Source: Amoebophrya sp. A120
Taxonomy: Eukaryota; Protista; Dinoflagellata
DNA length: 64,000 nt
NCBI GenBank assembly: GCA_905178155.1
Contig: CAJINV010000004.1
Span: forward strand, 280,969 to 344,968
Direction: 5' to 3'
Of this stretch, positions 57,901 to 64,000 are shown one piece after another (positions within the stretch are counted from its first letter, which is position 1; each line of letters starts with the position of its first letter). The position numbers were made by a program, and so were the translations under genes. Below the pieces are notes generated by a model. That model did not search any database. It worked only from the letters and a program-made list of their open reading frames with translations, and was not told the DNA's origin.

Positions 57901-60900
57901 CGTTGCATTTTATGCATCACAAACTATTTCAACTGTGACGAGTTCGATTCTGACGCTGCCATAAACTGGACGACGAGGGTGAGGAAACGGGGAAGTTCGT
58001 GAAGAAGACGGGCCCCTGGAACCAGGTCAACGTCGTCAAGTACACTACGGACGACAAAATGGCCCCGACATACCAAATCATGGGATTTCCGGAGAACCTG
58101 GCCCTTCCGTGGGAACAGATTACCATGAAAGACTCGGGCGATTCTTCGCACAATGCGACGGCTTGTTTGCAGCAGGAGGGGTTTGACCCTTCGCAAGCCA
58201 CTCTAAAGGACGCGGTTGCTGAGACCGCGGACCAGGATGCGCTCCAACCCTTCGAGATGCTGAACCAGCGAGGCTGCGTAAAAGCTTTCCGCATCTGCCG
58301 GTCCGAGCGGATGCTGGTGGACAAGAAGGGCCGCAAGTGCGGGTTGCTGAAGAAGGAGTCCCGGTACTCCACCGAAGTGACGTCGCACCACTACCTGGCT
58401 GCGACTCTACACCCGTACGTGAAAAGCGACGCCGAACTGTCGAGCGAATGCCTCGTAGTGGACAGCCTCCGCGAGGCCTTCCGAGCGTGCGTAGAGCGAC
58501 CCGGCTGCCTCTGGATCTACGACCAACTCTGCCACAGCAACCTGCGCGGCTCGCCCACCCGAATGGTCTGGTCGGACGAGGAGCAGGCAATCGTGAACCA
58601 AATCCGCGTAGACGCCGGCATACACTGGTACATCTGCCCGCGTATGGTCCAGATTGACTCGCCGGATCTCGAAACGACGGCCGTGATTGACGTGAACACC
58701 TTCCGGGACTGCGCACTGAAAGTCGAGTATCGCCTGCAAATATGTTGTCTGGGTCTGGAAGAATGCAAGATGAAGATTGTCATGCGAAGTCTCCAGCGCA
58801 AAAAAATCTTTGTTGCATGAACCCCAAAAGCTGCTAACTTCTTGCTAGGCAGAACCAAAAAGCGGATTGCTCATGTGGGATAGGTATCAAAAAGGCCACG
58901 CAGGACCTGTGAATCGTCTGTGTGCAGCATTCCAGACAGTGCGTGTCGTGGTCCGCGAGATGCATAAACAAATCTTTCACTCTCCCGGACGACCCAGACA
59001 TATTTACAACGCATATCGAGCCCGAAACCCACAAACTGATCCTGCATCCGCAGTGGAGCAAGTGCTCCGCGCAGGCGGATGACGTCGTGGGGAAGGACGC
59101 GGCGGCCAAGAAGAACTACGTGCGGTTGGGGCAATGCACGGCCTTCGCAGAGAACCGGGCACAGGGTAGCGACGAAGCCGGGGAGGACTATATCGGCGCA
59201 GACCCATCGGACCCCGGCGCAGAGAAGGGGAAAACTTTCCTCACGCTGCCATCTAAAACCACTCAAAACACGGCTGACTACAAAAGTGGAAGTGCCAACC
59301 CCGGATCAGTGCACCAGAGTTCGACCGATACAATGGTTGCCGTTGACGAGTTCACGGTGACGCTGGACAACTGCGCGGACTTGTGCAAGAAACTGGAGAA
59401 CGAGGACGACATGGGCAAGTCCTGTGGGGCCTTTGCCTTCCACAAGACAGGGTGGAAGACGGGAGACATGCTGGAAGAAGACGGATCCGACAACCTGTGC
59501 TGTACTTTGTTCCGGAAAGACGCCTGTGACGTGATGCAGGGGGGCTCCTCGATGGTCCTTCCGACGGGGCAGGATCAGTTGCTGTACGAGATGGGGCTCG
59601 GCTTCCCCGCGGGGATGAATCTATGGCACGAAAAAACTATTACTTCTGTTTCACTGTGATACGCATTTGTTCGCGCGATCTGCTCACTTCTTGTATCACA
59701 AATTTGTTCCGCACATGTCAAAGGACAATCAACATCTAGCATGCAGCGTGCTTCCAGCCTTCCAAGAGTAAATGTAAATAAGTGCGATGCTTTGCCTTTC
59801 TAGCAAGACAAACACTTGCGCGTGGCATTTTCGGCATCACAAGTTCAAGTTCGTCCTAGTGAAACAGTTTTTTGCTTCCGATAAAAGCTGGAGGCGGTCT
59901 ATTACCAGCCCGGGAAAAAAGAGCTGCAGGATTTGCCCTGGCAGTTCTTGTACGAGGGCGTGCGGTATCAAATACAAATGCAAATATGTCTGGGTCTGGA
60001 ATATTAAAGATGCAGATATCTGTCATGCATGTTTACGTTTTGCATGGCCTTGGCCGCCCATGTCTGCAATGCTGCAGGGGGAATTGCTTCGGTCTAGGAA
60101 TGGGCCCATTCGTTCGGTCCCCAGTAGATAGCCCCACAACAGGACTCGCCTATGTCGGTCCTTTGTATGTTTATGCCAGGCGTTCTTGGTTGGGTTACCC
60201 GGTCGGCACAGCCGATCCACCGATGACGATGCTGCAGGCTCTAGCATCCCAGCCTCAGCAGGGCCTATGTGAAAAATGCGATGTCTATCCCGCATAAGAA
60301 GTGCCCTCGTCCCAACAGCATGCTCCAAAGTGGACATCTTTTCCTGGTCTTGCAAGGCAGATTTTTCTGTGACGGGCCACAAGCAGTAGCAGAAGCATTA
60401 GAATATAAGTTTCCTTTGTTCCTCCAGACGCAGACAGCACACTTGCAATGCATATGTGGCACTACATATCTCACGAAAAAACTGTTTCACTGTGATGATT
60501 TTGCAAGATCTGCATCACAAGTTTGTTACACATGACACAGAAAATTTGCCATGCGCGCTTCCAAAGGGAAAACACCCCTAAAGAGTCAAGGTCTTGCAGG
60601 TGTAGCAAGACAAATAGTTCTGTGTTCCATTCTATGCGTCACAAGTTCACAGTGAAGCAGTTTTTTCTTGCGATACTACGCTCATTGGTATTACGAACCC
60701 GGGTTCGGAGGCAACACGATTCCCTTTTTCCGAACTGGACCGGCCGAAGTATGGAGTTCTCAAATGTTACATTCTCAATTGTTGCGCGAATATGTGATGC
60801 AAAAGCAGCAATAGGGAAAGGGGCCGGCTTGCAATTCTCGCATCACAAATTCGACACAGATTCAGATGCTGTTTAGCCCTTCGAGAATTTGTCACGCGAA

Positions 60901-63076
60901 GCGGCTTGATGGTCTGACGGCTCATGGTCAATCTGCATGACAAATCATGTAACAGCTGAGCATGTAACGCTTGAGAGCCCCATATGAAGCCCCCGTGATA
61001 ACAAGTCTAGATGGACAGCTGAGGATACAGCCACTTGAGCCCGAAGCCAGCGGACAAATATCAAGTGCAAAAATGTCTGGGTCTGGAACAAAACAACTTG
61101 TCATGCTAAATCTGAATGATGCAAAAATCTGTGTTGCATAATTACCAAAATTACAACGAACGATAATTACCAAAAGCTGTCCACTTTTGACCTAATCGAG
61201 AGGCAGACTCTCATGCAGGATAGGCATGATAGAACTCTCACAGAATGTGTCATGCTATGTCCTTCATGCCAGAGCTCGTGGGTCATGGAAAACCTGCATG
61301 ACAAGTCTGGCATTGTTCCAGACCCAGACATTTTTGCAGTTGATAGCAAAGGTACGAGATCTATAGTCGGCGTCGGAGGCGACCGCAATCTGGGGGAGGG
61401 GAAAAAGATAAGCAAATTGAGGGCGGTGGGCCCGGAAGCGGCAATTCGAACGAATTCGAATTTGTGGGTCCGGCGAACGCCGAGCCGATTCATTCCGAAG
61501 ACCTGTATGATAGCGGGAGGTACTCGGTTTTTTATAAAGTGAAGAATGAAGGAGAGAAGAATGATGACATCGACGTGCTAAGTCTCCCGCGAAAAGCAAG
61601 TAGCAGCCCCAATCTCGGGTCACCTTTTGCGTGGAGTACCTGGGAAACGTTGCTTCTGGACGATGAGAAGGGGAATCCAAAAAGTGTTTCGCTCCCCCAG
61701 CAGGTCGAACTTCGGGGGTCGCTCCTGCGCCAGGAATCGGATAACCAGCCACGCGATCACGGTCTAGACCTCTATGTCATGGCCGACGACTGGACTGACG
61801 GTCCCTATAATAACCGCCGACGTCGACGCTGGTGGTACCCTGTTTACGACAATGATCGCCGACGTGCGGAGCGCTGGACACGCGACTACGGGTGGTGGGA
61901 CGGAAACGGCAGGGCTTGGCATCCTCTGAGCAATCCCATTGAAGCCACTAAGGACTGGCAATGGGGCAACTGGGCGCGCCAGGGGCTCTGTTCGCACTGT
62001 CGTAGGGAAAACCGAGGCTACAGCGCGCACGTGTACGAGTTCGTCCCCCCTGTGCCGGTCTACGCCATGCGGATCTCGAACCGAAATGTCGCAAAATACC
62101 GGCTAGACTACTCCAGGGTGTTCTACAGGTCGACGGACGACCATCGCCTCCCAGACAATAATGGTGCAGTTCGCGAAGACATTGTACCGCAGTACATATT
62201 GAGAGGAAAAAACCCCCCTCAACATATCAAAATGGAAGTCTGTGATGCGGGATTTGTATACAGCGCAAATCATTTTGTCATTCTAGAAGGTAAGAGATGC
62301 GGACTGTAGCGCTGGCTGGCGTGGGAAAGCCCAAGCCCTGCGTCTTCAGCATGACAGGAAGCAACTGGAAACGGGAAACAGCAAAAGAAATTGCCTGCAA
62401 ATAAGGGAGCAGGTGCGTCTCTTGGCTTTCTAGCAATACGAGCCGACCACTCGTGTACTCAAATACAGCAACACAAATTTTCTTTTCGCTAATATGGGGA
62501 GGGGGGACGTTTCCTCACGATAGTTCTACGGCCGATGGAGATGCGATATCACCAGAAAAAAGTGTTACACTTACACATTTGTTGGAGTTTCTGCATCACA
62601 AATTTTCTCTGTGTCGCAAGGAAAACTTGTAATGCGAATATCATACGGGAAAAACGGAAAGAAACGAGGCTCCCAAGCATTTCCTGCATGAGAAAGGTTG
62701 TCTGTGTTGCCGGTCTTGCAACACAATGTGTAACTGTAACACTTTTTTCTTGCGATATGCGACGGTGGAACGCGAGTCTGGAGGCGACGAATTTGCAAGG
62801 GCGACGACTATCAAATGTAAAAATGTCGGCCTCTGGAAGAATGCAACTTGTCATGCTAAATCTGAATCAGGCAAAAAACTGTGTTACATGATTGCCAAAG
62901 GTTGTGCACTTTTGACATAATCGAGAGGCAGTCTCTCACGCAGGATAGGCATTGGAAAGGCTTCGCAGAATCTGTCATGCTATATCCTACATGCCAGACC
63001 TCATGGGTTATGGAAAACCTGCATGACAAGCCTGGCAATCTTCCAGACCCAGACACTTGTGCAATCCATAACGACG
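45238..63076 (+). CDS. Gene 2 (3'-partial): paralog of gene 1 with a long Ser/Thr/Arg-rich N-terminus and one hydrophobic segment
   Basis: Exons: 45238-45929, 46152-46740, 47051-47439, 47606-47966, 48206-49911, 50177-51706, 52021-52063, 52333-52616, 52974-53030, 53390-54222, 54485-55355, 57478-57640, 57969-58727, 59021-59621, 59889-59965, 60460-60466, 60681-60749, 60990-61058, 61351-62196, 62528-62546, 62763-62808. Phases are consistent. The start codon, junction 47440 and exons after 62196 are less certain. Confidence 0.8.
45930..46146. mobile_element. Introner, family A
   Basis: TCTGGGTTTGGA / TCCAGACCCAGA; TSD GGTGG/CGAGG. Confidence 0.8.
46741..47045. mobile_element. Introner, family A
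   Basis: TSD TTCCT/ATCCT. Confidence 0.85.
47967..48200. mobile_element. Introner, family D
   Basis: TSD GACCA/GGCCT; frame joins. Confidence 0.75.
48206..49911 (+). CDS. Gene 2 exon with hydrophobic segment AAAGMLLLSVAALVVDGAVL and Ser/Thr-rich region
   Basis: ORF 48104-49954; joins as DFHLPHSP|GMAFCDYG. Confidence 0.82.
49912..50171. mobile_element. Introner, family D
   Basis: TATCG..CGATA; TSD TCACC/CCGCC. Confidence 0.8.
50177..51706 (+). CDS. Gene 2 exon, Cys-rich modules
   Basis: ORF 50085-51773; homologous to gene 1 exons from 262 to about 4600. Confidence 0.93.
51707..52015. mobile_element. Introner, family E
   Basis: About 50-bp imperfect TIR; perfect TSD GGGGG. Confidence 0.9.
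52064..52327. mobile_element. Introner, family A
   Basis: Perfect TSD ACACG. Confidence 0.93.
52333..52616 (+). CDS. Gene 2 exon (MRLCT..DDCGFDSRHIWT)
   Basis: Aligns with gene 1 exon 4333-5153. Confidence 0.9.
52617..52968. mobile_element. Introner, family E
   Basis: TSD CAACA/CAAAC. Confidence 0.8.
53031..53384. mobile_element. Introner, family E
   Basis: CGTCCCCA / TGGGGACG; TSD ATGCG/ATGCA. Confidence 0.85.
53390..54222 (+). CDS. Gene 2 exon
   Basis: ORF 53355-54296; aligns with gene 1. Confidence 0.92.
54223..54479. mobile_element. Introner, family A (near-consensus copy)
   Basis: About 32-bp near-perfect TIR; TSD ATTCG/GCTCG. Confidence 0.93.
54485..55355 (+). CDS. Gene 2 exon
   Basis: ORF 54490-55395; aligns with gene 1. 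Confidence 0.92.
55356..57472. mobile_element. Introner, family C, carrying a nested retroelement
   Basis: TSD AACGA/AGCGA; removal restores WND|LVDP. Confidence 0.9.
55500..57371 (-). mobile_element. 5'-truncated, frameshifted Penelope-like retroelement (reverse transcriptase pseudogene)
   Basis: Minus-strand motifs TYDFSTLYT, QTTGIPIGINPGPLVASLYL, FRFIDDLL, VNFMDLT and LYEKRNSFSFKVFRFP in shifting frames; TSD TGTAAT at 55494-55499 / 57372-57377. Confidence 0.85.
57641..57963. mobile_element. Introner, family B
   Basis: Perfect TSD AACTG. Confidence 0.92.
57969..58727 (+). CDS. Gene 2 exon
   Basis: ORF 57999-58820; aligns with gene 1 from about 9790 to 12080. Confidence 0.92.
58728..59015. 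mobile_element. Introner, family A
   Basis: Perfect TSD TCGAG. Confidence 0.92.
59021..59621 (+). CDS. Gene 2 exon, PAN/apple-like (TLDNCADLC..CGAFAF..CCTLF)
   Basis: ORF 58922-59659; aligns with gene 1. Confidence 0.9.
59622..59883. mobile_element. Introner, family D
   Basis: TSD GAATC/AAAGC; removal restores GMN|LEAVYY. Confidence 0.82.
59966..60454. mobile_element. Introner, family A
   Basis: TSD TGCGG/TGTGG. Confidence 0.88.
60467..60675. mobile_element. Introner, family D
   Basis: TSD CTACA/CTACG; leaves a 7-nt exon at 60460-60466. Confidence 0.88.
60750..60984. mobile_element. Introner, family C
   Basis: TSD CGAAG/TGAAG. Confidence 0.9.
61059..61345. mobile_element. Introner, family A
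   Basis: TSD ACAAA/GCAAA. Confidence 0.92.
61351..62196 (+). CDS. Gene 2 exon, start of lectin-like domain
   Basis: ORF 61464-62309; GYSAHVYEFVPPVP matches gene 1 GYTAHVYEFVPPVP. Confidence 0.9.
62197..62522. mobile_element. Introner, family E
   Basis: GAGGAAA..CCCCCCTC / GAGGGGGG..TTTCCTC; TSD GTACA/GTTCT. Confidence 0.75.
62547..62757. mobile_element. Introner, family D
   Basis: Perfect TSD TGCGA. Confidence 0.9.
62809..63070. mobile_element. Introner, family A
   Basis: Perfect TSD ACGAC. Confidence 0.92.
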
Positions 63077-64000
63077 TATGCCTTGCAAAACTATCGTACT
63101 ACGTAGAAATTGCATGTATAAAATGTAAAGAGCTTCCTTGTCCTTTTCAGGGTTTTCCTTTTCGGGATTTTTCTCGACGTCAATATCGACACTTGGTTGC
63201 CGTGTGCATGTTTGCCCACATAGGTTGTCGCGACTTGTTCAGATAATTCAGCTTGCGGCGATGTATCATTCGTTGCAGCAGGGTGGTGGGTCCACGTTTG
63301 GGGCGTTCTAGTTTTCATTTTCAGGAAGAGGAGTTTTCGGGGAGGCTGTGTCATATTTTTAATACCTTTATCGCTTTTTTATTTTTTGCTTTTTCTTTTG
63401 TTCCCTCGGGAGTAGCGTCTGGCGTCTGTACGGAGTTCTTAGCAATTATTTCTGCTCAGAAATATGCCAACATTACGCGCCGCGCTGCAATACCAGGAAA
63501 GGGCGCGGCTGTCTTTCGGTACAAATCATATGCATCGCCCAAGTTTCCATTTCCAACGTAAAGCTTCCCCGGTATGCGACCACTTCCACTGCGCAGATAC
63601 AGTGGCCACTGCGACGAGGATGCCGTGGCCTCTTCATCCATATGAACGGACAAAATACAACTTGACCCCACAAAGAGCATATACTGTTACGAGAATGAAA
63701 CGAGCGACCTACGAGAATGACGCAGCCAATGGGGCTCCGCCAGCTTTCAACTTTTCCCGCTCCGGACGGGGTAGAAGCTGCACTTTTCGCGGGGTTTCTG
63801 CCCGTTTTTTCGCGCAAAGCTACTTGCTTTACGCGCGGTTCTTCTCCACTCGAGCGGTCGGGTGGAGAAAAACCCCATTACAAATTCGCAAATCCGGCTG
63901 GATTTAGATGCGGTCTTTCTCCCCGCAGGAGAAAAGCCGCATCACAAATTCGCAAACTTCGATGCGATCTTTCTGCCCCCGAGACCTCGGGTGGAGAAAG

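Overview
Eukaryotic DNA holding two tandem, paralogous + strand genes for very large Cys-rich, probably surface or secreted proteins. Gene 1 runs from before 262 to a stop at 41080-41082. Gene 2 runs from about 45238 to beyond 63076. Together they are interrupted about 65 times, and I found no GT-AG intron at the junctions I resolved. Almost every interruption is a MITE-like element that starts with TA, usually ends with TA, has terminal inverted repeats (TIRs) and is flanked by a 5-bp target-site duplication (TSD). Removing the element plus one TSD copy restores the reading frame and the alignment to the paralog. This matches the non-canonical 'introner' introns reported for the parasitic dinoflagellate Amoebophrya (organism is my inference). 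Mechanistic clues seen here: at least 6 unrelated TIR families share a TTGTNATGC motif about 40-48 nt inside their ends; copies act as introns in either orientation; the downstream TSD copy decays, which implies a 3' cut 5 nt beyond the TIR; one exon contributes a single nucleotide. Many introns carry nested insertions: 8-bp-TSD TIR elements, a Penelope-like RT fragment, satellites, and inserts with 39-65 bp duplications. All coordinates and junctions were derived by eye; splicing is inferred, not observed.
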